From Alphaproteobacteria bacterium (GTDB lineage Bacteria > Pseudomonadota > Alphaproteobacteria > SHVZ01): a stretch of 64,000 nt of DNA. Shown here piece after piece: positions 11,592-23,707 of this stretch; position 1 is the first letter of the stretch; each line of letters opens with the position of its first letter. A model generated the notes under the pieces. The model did no database searches, was not told where the DNA came from, and saw only the letters and a program-made list of their open reading frames with translations. A program made the translations under genes and the position numbers. Location: contig VGEN01000004.1 of the NCBI GenBank assembly GCA_016869285.1, positions 365-64,364 on the forward strand, given 5' to 3'.

Positions 11592-12206
11592 TCAGCGCGA
11601 GTAGAACTCGACCACGAGGTTGGGCTCCATCTGCACCGGGAAGGGCACGTCCTCGAGCGCGGGCTTGCGCGTGAACTTTCCCTTCATCGCCTTGTGGTCG
11701 ACCTCGAGGTAGTCGGGCACGTCGCGCTCCGGCAGGGCCGAGGCCTCGAGCACGCCGTTCAGCTGCTTCGACTTCTCCTTCACCTCGATGGTATCGCCGT
11801 CCTTGACGAGGTAGGAGCCGATATTGACGCGCTTGCCGTTGACCTTGATATGGCCGTGATTGACGAACTGGCGCGCGGCGAAGACCGTCGACACGAACTT
11901 CATGCGGTAGACGACGGTGTCGAGCCGGCGCTCGAGCAGCTCGATCAGGTTGGCACCGGTATCACCCTTGCGGCGCACGGCCTCTTCATAGAGCTTGCGG
12001 AACTGGCGCTCGCCGATATTGCCGTAGTAGCCCTTCAGCTTCTGCTTGGCCATGAGCTGGATGCCGTAATCGGACGGCTTTTTGCGGCGCTGGCCGTGCT
12101 GACCCGGGCCGTACTCGCGGCGATTGATCGGGCTCTTGGGCCGACCCCAGAGATTCACTCCGAGCCGTCGGTTGATCTTGTACTTCGCGTTCTCACGCTT
12201 TGCCAT
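11592..12206 (-). CDS. rpsD: 30S ribosomal protein S4
   Basis: The 204-aa ORF ([26 protein letters not shown]...) is unmistakably S4. It has a 190-bp leader upstream. Confidence 0.95.
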   Translation of the reverse strand: MAKRENAKYKINRRLGVNLWGRPKSPINRREYGPGQHGQRRKKPSDYGIQLMAKQKLKGYYGNIGERQFRKLYEEAVRRKGDTGANLIELLERRLDTVVYRMKFVSTVFAARQFVNHGHIKVNGKRVNIGSYLVKDGDTIEVKEKSKQLNGVLEASALPERDVPDYLEVDHKAMKGKFTRKPALEDVPFPVQMEPNLVVEFYSR

Positions 12207-12397
12207 GGTTGCTCCGTATTGGGCTGTTGTTGTCCCGGTAGGGCCATCGGCCGTAACGCATCTCGTTGGATACGTTCGCTTTCCCGAGAAGAGGCGCGGA
12301 GTATAGGGACGGCGGCCGGCAAGTCAAATCGGCCGTTCCTTCCGGAATATCAATGGTTTACGAAGGCTTCGGGCACCGGCGCGAGGCTTGCCCCTGA

Positions 12398-13159
12398 TCA
12401 GCTCTTTCTCTTGTCCACGAGGTTGCGCACGGCGCCGTGCATCGTGCGTAGCTCCTGGCTCGTCGGGCGCGCGCGCTGAAAGAGGTTGCGCAGGTTCCTG
12501 ACCATGGTCGGGCGCTGCTCGAGGTTTCGCAGGAAGCCGCAATCGTCGAGCTCGGCTTCGAAACGCTCGAGGAAGTTCATCAGCTCCGCCTTCGGCGCCG
12601 GATCGTCGCCCCCGCCCCAGTGTTGCAGGTCGGGCGTGGCGTCGGCGGCCTGTAGCCACTCGTATCCGACGATCAGCACGGCTTGGGCGAGGTTGAGCGA
12701 GGAGAAGGCCGGGTTGAGCGGCACCGCGACGACGGTGTCGGCCAACGGGATCTCGTCGTTGGTCAGGCCCATGCGCTCGGGGCCGAACAGGAGCCCAGGC
12801 TTGCGGCCTTCGCCGATCAGCGTGCGCATTGCCACGGCGGCCGCCCTCGGCGTCAATACCGGCTTCACCATGCCGCGCGGCCGTGCGGTCGTGGCGAAGA
12901 CATGCGTCAGGTCGGAGAGCGCGGCCTCCAACCGCGGATAGAGCTTGGCCTTGTCGATGACCTCGTCGGCGCCCGAGGCGGCAGAGCGCGCCTTCTCGTT
13001 CGGCCAGCCGTCGCGCGGCGCGACCAACCGCATCTCCGTCAACCCGCAGTTCAGCATGGCGCGCGCCGCAAGGCCGATATTCTCGCCGAGCTGAGGCTGA
13101 TGCAGGATGACCGGCGGGCCGCCCGAGAGGCCTGCCTGCTTGCGATCGGTGCCGGCCAT
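12398..13159 (-). CDS. SpoU/TrmH-family RNA 2'-O-methyltransferase (TrmJ-like)
   Basis: The 253-aa ORF has the SpoU motifs (NIGLAARAM and LVFGPERMGL). Confidence 0.75.
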   Translation of the reverse strand: MAGTDRKQAGLSGGPPVILHQPQLGENIGLAARAMLNCGLTEMRLVAPRDGWPNEKARSAASGADEVIDKAKLYPRLEAALSDLTHVFATTARPRGMVKPVLTPRAAAVAMRTLIGEGRKPGLLFGPERMGLTNDEIPLADTVVAVPLNPAFSSLNLAQAVLIVGYEWLQAADATPDLQHWGGGDDPAPKAELMNFLERFEAELDDCGFLRNLEQRPTMVRNLRNLFQRARPTSQELRTMHGAVRNLVDKRKS

Positions 13160-14763
13160 CAGGCGGCCTGGGCCGCCGGCACGCCTTCCCGCAGCAGCTT
13201 CCAGGTGATGCTGTCGGAGAGCGCGTCGATCGAAGCGTCGATGATGTTGGGCGAGACGCCGACCGTGTCCCAGCGCTGCCCCTTCCGGTCGGCGCTCTCG
13301 ATCATCACGCGCGTGACGGCGTTCGTGCCGCCGGACGGCGTCAAGATGCGGACCTTGTAGTCGACCAGGCGCACCTGATCGAGCAGCGGGTAGAGATTTC
13401 CGAGCGCCTTGCGCAGCGCCGTGTCGAGGGCATTGACCGGGCCGTTGCCCATCGCGACCTCGTGATGCAGCGCATTGCCGATGCCGATCGTCACCGTCGC
13501 TTCGGACTCGGTAACGAGGTCGCCGCGCGCATTGAAGCGGCGCTCGTCCATGACTCGGAAGCGCTTCACGGAGAAATAGTCGGGGACCTGGCCGAAGGCG
13601 CGGCGGGCAAGCAGCTCGAAGCTCGCCTCCGCCCCGTCATAGGCATAGCCCTCGGCTTCGCGCGCCTTCACCTGATCGATCAGCCGAGGCAGGCGGGGAT
13701 CGGCGGCGGCGGCCTCGATGCCGATCTCGCGGAAGCGTGCGAGCAGGTTGGAGCGACCAGCCTGGTCGGAGACGACAACATGCCGGCGGTTGCCGATGAC
13801 GGCCGGGTCGACATGCTCATAGGCGCGGGGATCCTTCTCGACCGCGGAAGCGTGCAGCCCGCCCTTGTGCGCGAAGGCGGACTCGCCAACATAAGGCGCC
13901 TGGCGCGACGGAGCACGGTTGAGCCGCTCATCGAGCAGATGCGAAACCTGCGTCAGACGGCGAAGTCCCTCGCTGTTGATGCCGGTGACGTAGCCGAGCT
14001 TGAGGATGAGCGTCGGGATCAACGTCACCAGATTGGCGTTGCCGCAGCGCTCGCCGAGCCCGTTCAGCGTGCCTTGAATCATGCGCGCGCCGGCGCGGAC
14101 GGCAGCGAGCGAGTTGGCGACGGCATTGCCGGTGTCGTCATGGCAGTGGATGCCGAGCTTTTCCGCCGGCACGCGCGCGGCAGCGCTGCGGACGACCTCG
14201 TCGATCTCGTGCGGCAGCGTGCCGCCATTGGTATCGCAGAGGACGAGCCAGCGGGCGCCTGCCTTGTGCGCGACCTCCAGGCAGGCGAGCGCATATCCCG
14301 CGCTTGCCTTCCAGCCGTCGAAGAAGTGCTCAGCGTCGAACACGACCTCGCGCACCCTGCTCGCCGCGTGGGCGATCGACTCCGAGATCATGGCAAGGTT
14401 CTCGTCGAGCGACACGCCGAGGGCGACGTCGACCTGAAAGTCCCAGGTCTTGCCGACCAGGGTCGCCACCGTCGCGCCGGCGCCGAGCGTCGCGGCAAGA
14501 CCCGGATCGTTGGCGGCGCTGCGGCCCGACCGCCGCGTCATGCCGAAGGCGGCAAGGCGGCTCTTCGTCGGCGCCGGCCTCTCAGCGAAGAAGCGGTCGT
14601 CCGTGGGGTTGGCGCCGGGCCAGCCGCCCTCGATGTAGTCGATGCCGAGCCGATCGAGCGCCTCGGCGATCGCGCGCTTGTCCTCGGCGCTGAAGTCGAC
14701 GCCCTGGGTCTGGGCGCCGTCGCGGAGCGTCGTGTCATAGAGGTAGAGGCGATCGCCGGACAT
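13159..14763 (-). CDS. cimA: citramalate synthase / 2-isopropylmalate synthase family protein
   Basis: The 534-aa ORF has a LeuA/CimA N-terminus (LYDTTLRDGAQTQGV), a DRE-TIM barrel and a LeuA dimerisation C-terminus. Confidence 0.8.
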   Translation of the reverse strand: MSGDRLYLYDTTLRDGAQTQGVDFSAEDKRAIAEALDRLGIDYIEGGWPGANPTDDRFFAERPAPTKSRLAAFGMTRRSGRSAANDPGLAATLGAGATVATLVGKTWDFQVDVALGVSLDENLAMISESIAHAASRVREVVFDAEHFFDGWKASAGYALACLEVAHKAGARWLVLCDTNGGTLPHEIDEVVRSAAARVPAEKLGIHCHDDTGNAVANSLAAVRAGARMIQGTLNGLGERCGNANLVTLIPTLILKLGYVTGINSEGLRRLTQVSHLLDERLNRAPSRQAPYVGESAFAHKGGLHASAVEKDPRAYEHVDPAVIGNRRHVVVSDQAGRSNLLARFREIGIEAAAADPRLPRLIDQVKAREAEGYAYDGAEASFELLARRAFGQVPDYFSVKRFRVMDERRFNARGDLVTESEATVTIGIGNALHHEVAMGNGPVNALDTALRKALGNLYPLLDQVRLVDYKVRILTPSGGTNAVTRVMIESADRKGQRWDTVGVSPNIIDASIDALSDSITWKLLREGVPAAQAA

Positions 14764-14784
14764 GCTCGCAAGCCTGAGTTGAGG

Positions 14785-16406
<1,622 letters not shown>

Positions 16407-16410
<4 letters not shown>

Positions 16411-17462
16411 GCGACGTTTTTCCGAGGGTCAAAGGCGTCGCGCACCGCCTCGCCGACAAAGACGAGCAGGCTCAGCATGGTGGCGAGCACGAGGAAGCCG
16501 GTGATGCCGAGCCAGGGGGCATGCAAGTTGTTCTTGCCCTGAGCCAGCAGCTCGCCCAGCGACGGCGATCCCGGCGGCAGGCCGAACCCGAGGAAGTCAA
16601 GCGAGGTCAGCGTCGTGATCGAACTGTTGAGCACGAATGGCATGAAGGTCAGCGTCGCCACCATCGCGTTCGGCAGCACATGACGGCGGATGATCTTGAC
16701 CGGTGCAAGGCCGAGCGCGCGCGCGGCGCGGACATAGTCGAAGTTGCGGGCCCGCAGGAACTCTGCACGCACGACGCCAACCAGCGCCATCCAGGAGAAG
16801 AGCAGCATGAGGCCGAGCAGCCACCAGAAGGTCGGCTCGACCACGGAGGCCAGGATGATCAGGAGATAGAGGACGGGCAGCCCCGACCAGATCTCCATGA
16901 AGCGTTGGAAGAGAAGGTCGGTAAGCCCGCCGAAATAGCCTTGCGCAGCACCGGCGGCGACGCCGATCACGGTCGAGAATAGCGTCAGCACGAGGCCGAA
17001 CAGAACCGAAATGCGAAAGCCGTAGATGAGGCGTGCCAGTACGTCGCGACCCTGGTCGTCGGTGCCGAGCCAGTTCTTCGCCGAAGGCGGCGAGGGTGCC
17101 GGCCGACCGAGATTGCGAACGATGGTGTCGTAGCGGTAGGGAATCATCGGCCAGAGAAGCCAGCCGCTCTTCTCCTCGATCAGGCGCCTGACCTCAGGGT
17201 CATGATAGTCGGCCTCCGTCGGGAACTCGCCGCCGAAGGTCGTCTCCGGATAGCTGACGAGCGAGGGGAAGTAGAGGTCGCCGTCGTAGCGGACCAGCAT
17301 TGGCTTGTCGGAAGCGATGAGCTCGGCGAAGAGCGTGACGAGGAAGATCGCAAGGAAGATCCAGAGCGACCAGTAGCCGCGTCGGTTGGCGCGGAAATTG
17401 TGCAGCCGCCGCCGTGTCAGCGGCGTGATCTTTATCCCGAGGAAGCGCCGGGTCGCTGCCAT
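16407..17462 (-). CDS. yejE: ABC transporter permease YejE
   Basis: The ORF has the YejE-typical N-terminus MAATRRFLGIKITPLTRRRL. I preferred this internal ATG over the ORF-track start at 17510. It lies 1 nt from the yejB stop. Confidence 0.8.
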
Positions 17463-17463
17463 C

Positions 17464-18570
17464 TCAGCCCTCGCGCCTGGCGAAGTCGATCCTGGGATCG
17501 ATCGCCACATACATGAGATCGCCGATCAAGCCGAGAATCAGGCCCATCAGCGTGAAGACATAGAGCGTCCCGAACATGATCGGATAGTCGCGGTTGATCG
17601 CCGCCTCGAAACCCAACAGGCCGAGCCCGTCGAGCGAGAAGATCACCTCGATCAGCACCGATCCGGTGAACAGAACGCCGATGAAGGCGGCCGGGAATCC
17701 GGCGACGACCAGCAGCATGGCGTTGCGGAAGACATGGCCGTAAAGGACGCGCCGCTCCGAGAGGCCCTTGGCGCGCGCCGTCATCACGTATTGTTTGTTG
17801 ATCTCCTCCAGGAAGGTGTTCTTGGTCAGCATGGTCAGGCTGGCGAAGCCGCCGATGACCATGGCGATCACCGGCAGCGCCATATGCCAGGCGTAGTCGA
17901 GAATGAGTTCCGGCACCGACAGCTCGCGCCAATGGTCGGAAACGAGGCCGCGCAACGGGAAGATGCTCCAGAAGCTGCCGCCGGCGAAAAGCACAACCAG
18001 GAGGATGGCGAAGAGGAAGCCTGGAATGGCATAGCCGATGATGATCGTCGCCGAGGTCCATACGTCGAAGGCGGTGCCGTCGCGCATCGCCTTGCGGATG
18101 CCCAAGGGGATCGAGATCAGGTAGACCAGCAGCGTCGTCCACAGACCGAGCGAGATCGACACCGGCATCTTCTCGATGACGAGATCGACGACGCGGCGGT
18201 CGCGGAAGAAGCTGCTGCCGAAGTCGAAACGGAGATAGTTCTCCATCATCTGGAGAAACCGCTCATGCGGCGGCCGGTCGAAGCCGAACTGGCGCTCGAG
18301 CTGCTTGATCAGATCGGGATCGAGGCCGCGCGCGCCGCGATAGGCCGTCTGCTCGCTGCCGACGCGGCCTGTGTTCTGCTGCTGCTGTCCGCTGTCGCCG
18401 CCGGGTCCGGTGATGCGCGCGGTCGCCGAGGCGTCCTTGCCCTTGATCTGGGCGATCACCTGCTCGACAGGCCCGCCGGGGGCCGCCTGCACGACGACGA
18501 AGTTGATGATCATGATCCCGACCAGCGTCGGGATCATCAGCAGCAGGCGACGGATGATATACGCGAGCAC
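17464..18570 (-). CDS. yejB: ABC transporter permease YejB
   Basis: The 368-aa ORF has a GTG start ([19 protein letters not shown]...) and is a DppB-like permease. Confidence 0.8.
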   Translation of the reverse strand: MLAYIIRRLLLMIPTLVGIMIINFVVVQAAPGGPVEQVIAQIKGKDASATARITGPGGDSGQQQQNTGRVGSEQTAYRGARGLDPDLIKQLERQFGFDRPPHERFLQMMENYLRFDFGSSFFRDRRVVDLVIEKMPVSISLGLWTTLLVYLISIPLGIRKAMRDGTAFDVWTSATIIIGYAIPGFLFAILLVVLFAGGSFWSIFPLRGLVSDHWRELSVPELILDYAWHMALPVIAMVIGGFASLTMLTKNTFLEEINKQYVMTARAKGLSERRVLYGHVFRNAMLLVVAGFPAAFIGVLFTGSVLIEVIFSLDGLGLLGFEAAINRDYPIMFGTLYVFTLMGLILGLIGDLMYVAIDPRIDFARREG

Positions 18571-18581
18571 GGGCTAGGCGT

Positions 18582-20429
18582 TCAGTTCCGCGCCTGTCCC
18601 CGCTTGGTCGCGAGCGTCTGGGCGCGCTGCGCGTCGACCCACCAGATGTCCGGGAAGCCGGGGCTGAACTTGGGCAGCGCCTTGGGCCGGTCGAACTTGT
18701 CCCAGTAGGCGAGCCACCACTTGCCGAGATGCCAGTGGGGTACGACGTAGTGGCCCCACAGGAGCACGCGGTCGAGCGCGCGCGTCCTCTGGATCAGGGA
18801 GTCGCGGTCCGGCGCCTCGATGATGAGATCGACCAGCTCGTCAATCACTGGGTCCTTGATGCCCATCAGGTTGCGGCTGCCATGCGTGTCGGCCGTGCTC
18901 GAATGCCAGAAGTCGCGCTGCTCGTTGCCGGGCGACTGCGACTGGCCGAAGACGGCGACGGTCATGTCGAAGTCGAACTCGTCCTCACGCTTCTGGTTCT
19001 GCGAGGCGTCGACGGCGCGTACGCGCGCGTTGATGCCGAGCCGCTCGAGGTTCTTCACGAAGGGCAGCGTGATCCGCTCCCAGTTCGGATCGGCCTGCAG
19101 CAGGATCTCGAACTCGAAGCGCTGACCCTGAGCGTTGGTCAACGCCTGGCCCTTGATCTCCCAGCCCGCCTCCTTGAGCAGACGGAACGCCTCGCGAAGC
19201 TGCTCGCGCGAGAGGTTGCCGGAGCCATCGGTGGTCGGAAGCCTGTACTCCTTGGTGAAGACCTCGTCGGGGATCTTGCCGCGATAGCGCTCGAGGATCC
19301 TCAGCTCCTCGCCTTGCGGAAGCCCGCGCCAGCCGAGCTCGGAATTGGAGAAGTAGCTGAGCGAGCGCTTGTAGAAGCCGTAGAACAGCGTCTTGTTGCT
19401 CCACTCGAAGTCGAAGACGAGCGTGATCGCCTGGCGCACGCGCGGATCCTTGAAGATCGGGCGGCGCGTGTTGAAGGCGAAGCCCTGCATGCCGGCGGGA
19501 AGCTCGTGCACGATCTCCTCGCGCTTGAGCATGCCTTCCTTGACCGCGGGAATGTCGTAGGAGGTCGCCCATTGGCGCGAGGAGTTCTCCATCCGGAAGT
19601 CGGTCTGCCCTGCCTTGAACGCCTCGAAGGCGACGGTCGGGTCGCGGAAATACTCGTACTTGATGATCTCGATGTTCTCGCGCCCGCGGTTGATCGGCAG
19701 ATCCTTGCCCCAGTAGTCGGCGAAGCGCTGATAGGAGATCGACTTTCCGGCATCGACCTGGAGGATCTTGTAGGCGCCGTTTCCGACCGGAGGCTCGAGC
19801 GTCGTCTTCTCGAAGTCGCGCCCTTCCCAGTAGTGCCGAGGCAGGATCGCAGCCTGGCCGACGATCAGCGGCAGCTCGCGGTTGGTCTTGTTCGCGAAGC
19901 TGAGCTTGACCCTGCGGTCGCCGAGCTTTTCGACCTTGGCGACGTCGGCGTAGTAGCTGCGGTAGAGCGGGTGCCCCTTGGTCTTCAGCGTCTCGAAGGT
20001 GAAGATCACGTCTTCCGGCGTGATCGGCTTGCCGTCATGAAAGCGCGCTTCGGGGCGCAGGTTGAAGATCGTCCAGCTTCGATCGTCCGGCACCTCCATC
20101 GACTGCGCGATCAGGCCGTAGGATGAGAAGGCCTCGTCCGAGGTGCCGGAAGTCAGCGTATCGTAGGTGAGGCTGAGGCCGGCGGCGGCGATGCCCTTCA
20201 GCACGAAGCTGTTGAGGTTGTCGAAGGTGCCGATCGCGGAGAGCGCGATCTGGCCGCCCTTGGGCGCACCCGGATTGACGTAGTCGAGGTTGGGGAATCC
20301 CGCCTTGTACTTGGCCTCGCCATGCATGGCCATGCCGTGGACCGGCTTGGGGTCGTCGGCCGTCGCCGGCATGGTTATTCCGACCGTGAGGGCCAGCGCC
20401 GCGATCTTCCGCATCCCCGCCTCCTTCAT
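18582..20429 (-). CDS. yejA: periplasmic solute-binding protein, family 5 (YejA)
   Basis: The 615-aa ORF has a signal peptide and an SBP_bac_5 fold. It is the first gene of the yejABEF string. Confidence 0.85.
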   Translation of the reverse strand: MKEAGMRKIAALALTVGITMPATADDPKPVHGMAMHGEAKYKAGFPNLDYVNPGAPKGGQIALSAIGTFDNLNSFVLKGIAAAGLSLTYDTLTSGTSDEAFSSYGLIAQSMEVPDDRSWTIFNLRPEARFHDGKPITPEDVIFTFETLKTKGHPLYRSYYADVAKVEKLGDRRVKLSFANKTNRELPLIVGQAAILPRHYWEGRDFEKTTLEPPVGNGAYKILQVDAGKSISYQRFADYWGKDLPINRGRENIEIIKYEYFRDPTVAFEAFKAGQTDFRMENSSRQWATSYDIPAVKEGMLKREEIVHELPAGMQGFAFNTRRPIFKDPRVRQAITLVFDFEWSNKTLFYGFYKRSLSYFSNSELGWRGLPQGEELRILERYRGKIPDEVFTKEYRLPTTDGSGNLSREQLREAFRLLKEAGWEIKGQALTNAQGQRFEFEILLQADPNWERITLPFVKNLERLGINARVRAVDASQNQKREDEFDFDMTVAVFGQSQSPGNEQRDFWHSSTADTHGSRNLMGIKDPVIDELVDLIIEAPDRDSLIQRTRALDRVLLWGHYVVPHWHLGKWWLAYWDKFDRPKALPKFSPGFPDIWWVDAQRAQTLATKRGQARN

Positions 20430-20471
20430 CGATTGTTCGTTTCCGAACGGCGGAGTTTAGGGCAAGGCTCC

Positions 20472-21245
20472 TCAGGCGGCGAGGCGATCCAGGGCTTGGC
20501 GGAGGGTCCGCTCGTCGCCAGCAGCGATCACGTCTCCTTGAGAAGCGCCGTTCAAGGGCTTGCCCTTCCAGTCGGACATGGCGCCGCCGGCGCCGCGGAT
20601 CACCGGAACCAGCGCGGCGAAGTCGTAGAGCTTGAGCCCGTATTCGATCACCAGATCGATATGGCCGATGGCCAACAGCCCGTAGGCGTAGCAATCGCCA
20701 CCCCAGAGCGTCAGTTTCGAGACCGAGGCCACCTGCCAGAAGCGGTCGGCGCCGGGCTTGCGGAACATATCCGGGTGTGTCGAGTTGACGACCGCCTTGG
20801 CAAGCTCGGGGCAGGCGCGGACGCGCGCCGGCTTGCCATTGAAGGTGGTGACGTGGCCGGCGGCACCGAGCCAGCGCTCGCCGGAGACCGGCTGGTCGAT
20901 AAGCCCGAGGATCGGCTCGCCATCCCGCAGGAGCGCGACCAGCGTGCCGAACATCGGCTTGCCGGTGATAAAGGCCTTGGTGCCGTCGATCGGATCGATG
21001 ATCCATTGATGCGAGGCACCGGGGCGGCTCGCGCCGTGCTCCTCGCCGACGATGCCGTGATCGGGAAACTCGCGTTCGATCAGCGCACGCAGCGCCAGCT
21101 CGGATTCGCGGTCGGCGACGGTAACGGGACTTGCGTCCGCCTTGTCCTCGACGCTGACAGGCGTGCGAAAGTAACGACGGATTACGGGGCCGCTCGCCTC
21201 CGCCAGACGGCCGGCGAAGGTAAGGAGCTCATCAGGGCAGCGCAT
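20472..21245 (-). CDS. hisN: histidinol-phosphatase of the inositol-monophosphatase family
   Basis: The 257-aa ORF has IMPase motifs (DPIDGT and WGGDCYAY). This is the alphaproteobacterial HisN type. Confidence 0.75.
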   Translation of the reverse strand: MRCPDELLTFAGRLAEASGPVIRRYFRTPVSVEDKADASPVTVADRESELALRALIEREFPDHGIVGEEHGASRPGASHQWIIDPIDGTKAFITGKPMFGTLVALLRDGEPILGLIDQPVSGERWLGAAGHVTTFNGKPARVRACPELAKAVVNSTHPDMFRKPGADRFWQVASVSKLTLWGGDCYAYGLLAIGHIDLVIEYGLKLYDFAALVPVIRGAGGAMSDWKGKPLNGASQGDVIAAGDERTLRQALDRLAA

Positions 21246-21264
21246 TGCGGCGCCGCCTTGAGGC

Positions 21265-21798
21265 TTACGGCAGCGGCTTCGGCGCGTCGGACTTGGCGCG
21301 GAGCCAGGCGATCAGCGCGGCGCGCTCTTCGGGCTTCGGAATGCCGGCGAACGCCATCTTGGTGCCCGGAATGACCGCCTTCGGGTTGGCCAGGAACTTG
21401 TTGAGGTGCTCGTAGTTCCACTCCTCGGGCGTGGAGGCCATCTGCTTCGAATAGGCGAAGCCGGCGACCTGGCCAGGCTTGCGCCCGACGACGTCAAAGA
21501 GGTTCGGGCCGATCCGGTTGGCTCCGCCCTTGTCGAAGGTGTGGCAGGCGGCGCACTTCTTGGCCGAGGCCTCGCCGGCGGCAAGGTCGGCGTTGGCGAG
21601 AAGCGGCGCCACCGGCGGCACCACGGCAGGCGCCGCGGCGGACTGGGCGGCGGGCGCGTCCGGCTTCTCGACGGCGAAGGCGAGTTCCTTCAGCGGCTTC
21701 GGCTGCTCCAGGGAGCGGGCGATGAAACCGCTCGCCATCGCAATCAGGCCAGCCATCAGAATGGCTCCGGCAATCTTGTTCGCTTCCTGGCTCGCCAT
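21265..21798 (-). CDS. membrane-anchored c-type cytochrome (CycM-like)
   Basis: The ORF has an N-terminal transmembrane helix, a Pro/Ala linker and a single CAACH heme-binding site. Confidence 0.8.
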   Translation of the reverse strand: MASQEANKIAGAILMAGLIAMASGFIARSLEQPKPLKELAFAVEKPDAPAAQSAAAPAVVPPVAPLLANADLAAGEASAKKCAACHTFDKGGANRIGPNLFDVVGRKPGQVAGFAYSKQMASTPEEWNYEHLNKFLANPKAVIPGTKMAFAGIPKPEERAALIAWLRAKSDAPKPLP

Positions 21799-21965
21799 CT
21801 CAAATCCTCTGTTAGCGCGTGCAGACCGTAAGGAAAATGCCTCTTCGCGGCCGGAAGCGCCATCGCTATAACGCCCCCGCCGGGCGGCTCCGACAATGCC
21901 GGGCCGAGGTCTGGCCCGCCAGCGGCATATTGCCGCATCTGGCGGAAAACAAAGAGGGATTTCGG

Positions 21966-22715
21966 ATGGGCCTGCCTCAGGCGCCGATCGTCTTGATCCC
22001 CGCCCGGATGGCCTCGACCCGGCTTCCCAACAAGCCGCTGGCGGACATCCATGGCGAGCCGATGATCGTCCATGTCTGGCGCCGGGCGGTCGAGGCCGCC
22101 ATCGGCCCGGTGACTGTGGCTTGCGGCGAGCCGGAGATCGCCCGGGCGATCGAGCGGGTAGGCGGCAATGCGGTCCTGACTCGCGCCGACCACCCGACCG
22201 GATCAGACCGGATCTTCGAGGCCCTGGAGCGCCTGGACCCCGGTGGCCGGCACGACGCCGTGGTCAACGTCCAGGGCGATCTGCCGACGGTCGATCCGAA
22301 GACGGTCCGCGCCGCCTTCGAGGCGCTGGCGGACCCGGAGGTCGATATCGGCACCGTCTGCGCCGCGGTCGGCTCGGTGCACGAGAAGACCGACCCCGCC
22401 GTGGTGAAGCCTGTCGTCGCCTTTGCGCCCGGCAAGACCGTCGCCCGCGCGCACTACTTCAGCCGTGCGACCGTGCCTTCGGGCGACGGCCCGATCTATC
22501 ACCACATCGGCCTCTATGCGTATCGCCGCGAGGCACTGAAGCGCTTTATCTCCCTGCCGCAGGGCCTGCTGGAGAAGCGCGAGCGGCTGGAGCAGCTACG
22601 CGCGCTCGAGAACGGCATGCGCATCGACGTGGCGCTCGTTGACACGGTTCCGCTCGGTGTCGACACTCCCGGCGACCTCGAACGCGCGCGGCTCCTCCTG
22701 ATGCCCCGCCGCTGA
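21966..22715 (+). CDS. kdsB: 3-deoxy-manno-octulosonate cytidylyltransferase
   Basis: The ORF begins [25 protein letters not shown], the KdsB signature N-terminus. I chose the ATG at 21966 within ORF 21819..22715. Confidence 0.9.
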   Translation: MGLPQAPIVLIPARMASTRLPNKPLADIHGEPMIVHVWRRAVEAAIGPVTVACGEPEIARAIERVGGNAVLTRADHPTGSDRIFEALERLDPGGRHDAVVNVQGDLPTVDPKTVRAAFEALADPEVDIGTVCAAVGSVHEKTDPAVVKPVVAFAPGKTVARAHYFSRATVPSGDGPIYHHIGLYAYRREALKRFISLPQGLLEKRERLEQLRALENGMRIDVALVDTVPLGVDTPGDLERARLLLMPRR

Positions 22716-22731
22716 TCTCGGAAGCGCCGTC

Positions 22732-23592
22732 ATGACTCGCATCGCCTTCCTGGGCCAACCCGGCTCCTACTCCGACCTCGCCTGCCGGACGGCATTCCCC
22801 GGCACCGAGACGCTCGGCTGCATCAGCTTCCCCGAGGTCTTCGCCGCCGCCTCCGACGGGCGCGCGGGGCTGGCGATGATTCCGGTCGACAACTCGCTCG
22901 CCGGGCGCATCGCCGACGTCCACCACCTGCTGCCCGAATCCGACCTGCATATCGTCGGCGAGCACTTCCAGCGCATCGAGCACCACCTGCTGGCGCCGAA
23001 AGGCGCGACCTTGCAGACAATCCGGACGGTGAAGAGCCATGTGCAGCCGCTCGGCCAGTGCCGACGCTATCTCCGCACCATGGGCTATACGCCGGTCGCC
23101 AGCAGCGACTCCGCGAGCGCGGCGAAGGAAGTGGCGGAGAAGGGCGACATCACGATTGCCGCGATCTCCTCGTCGCTGTCGGGCGAGATCTACGGCCTCA
23201 CCTCGCTTGCCTCGAATATCGAGGACGAGGCGCACAACACCACGCGCTTCATGATCATGGCGCGCGAGGCGGATTGGCCGAAGGATGACGGCAAGCCGTT
23301 TATCACCTCGTTCCTGTTCCGGGTGCGCAGCGTGCCGGCGGCCCTCTACAAGGCACTCGGCGGCTTCGCCACCAACGGCATCAACCTGACCAAGCTCGAG
23401 AGCTACATGGTCGATGCCTTCTTCGAGGCGGCGCAGTTCTACGTCGAGGCCGATGGCCATCCCGACCAGAAGTCGATGAAGCTCGCGCTCGAGGAGCTCG
23501 CCTTCTTCAGCCGTAAGGGGACTTTCAAGATCCTCGGCGTCTATCACGCGCATCTCTTCCGCCGCGAGAACGCCGGCCCCTCGGACGACTGA
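22732..23592 (+). CDS. pheA: prephenate dehydratase
   Basis: The 286-aa ORF has a PDT domain and an ACT domain (with the ESRP-like region). Confidence 0.85.
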   Translation: MTRIAFLGQPGSYSDLACRTAFPGTETLGCISFPEVFAAASDGRAGLAMIPVDNSLAGRIADVHHLLPESDLHIVGEHFQRIEHHLLAPKGATLQTIRTVKSHVQPLGQCRRYLRTMGYTPVASSDSASAAKEVAEKGDITIAAISSSLSGEIYGLTSLASNIEDEAHNTTRFMIMAREADWPKDDGKPFITSFLFRVRSVPAALYKALGGFATNGINLTKLESYMVDAFFEAAQFYVEADGHPDQKSMKLALEELAFFSRKGTFKILGVYHAHLFRRENAGPSDD

Positions 23593-23635
23593 GCGAGCCA
23601 TTGCGGCGGCTCACCGGCGCGTGAGCGGTGGGGTC

Positions 23636-23672
23636 GTAAATTTAAAAAGTAGATACTTATTAAATCGGCTGC
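23636..23672. promoter_or_regulatory. AT-rich island (GTAAATTTAAAAAGTAGATACTTATTAAATCGG) upstream of the MFS transporter. It is a likely promoter/UP element or a nucleoid-protein site.
   Basis: About 80% A+T over roughly 35 nt in an otherwise two-thirds-GC sequence. It lies 35-70 nt upstream of the GTG start at 23708. Confidence 0.4.
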
Positions 23673-23707
23673 GTTAGAACGGCGGTCCCGATCTCCGGAA
23701 GGTATCC

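Noticed and set aside
17455-17520. An apparent 1-nt disagreement between my manual base count of the printed sequence near 17461 and the ORF-track coordinates. My count puts the yejB stop and yejE start one position higher than listed.
   Set aside because: The ORF-track coordinates are internally consistent with protein lengths, and my count agreed with them again a few hundred nt later. This is most likely a counting slip of mine and not a biological feature. I used track coordinates throughout.
21920-21945. The GCGGCATATTGCCGC palindrome in the divergent region between the cytochrome c gene and kdsB.
   Set aside because: It is a short 6-bp inverted repeat of a kind expected by chance in GC-rich DNA. 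There is no second copy or known motif to anchor it.
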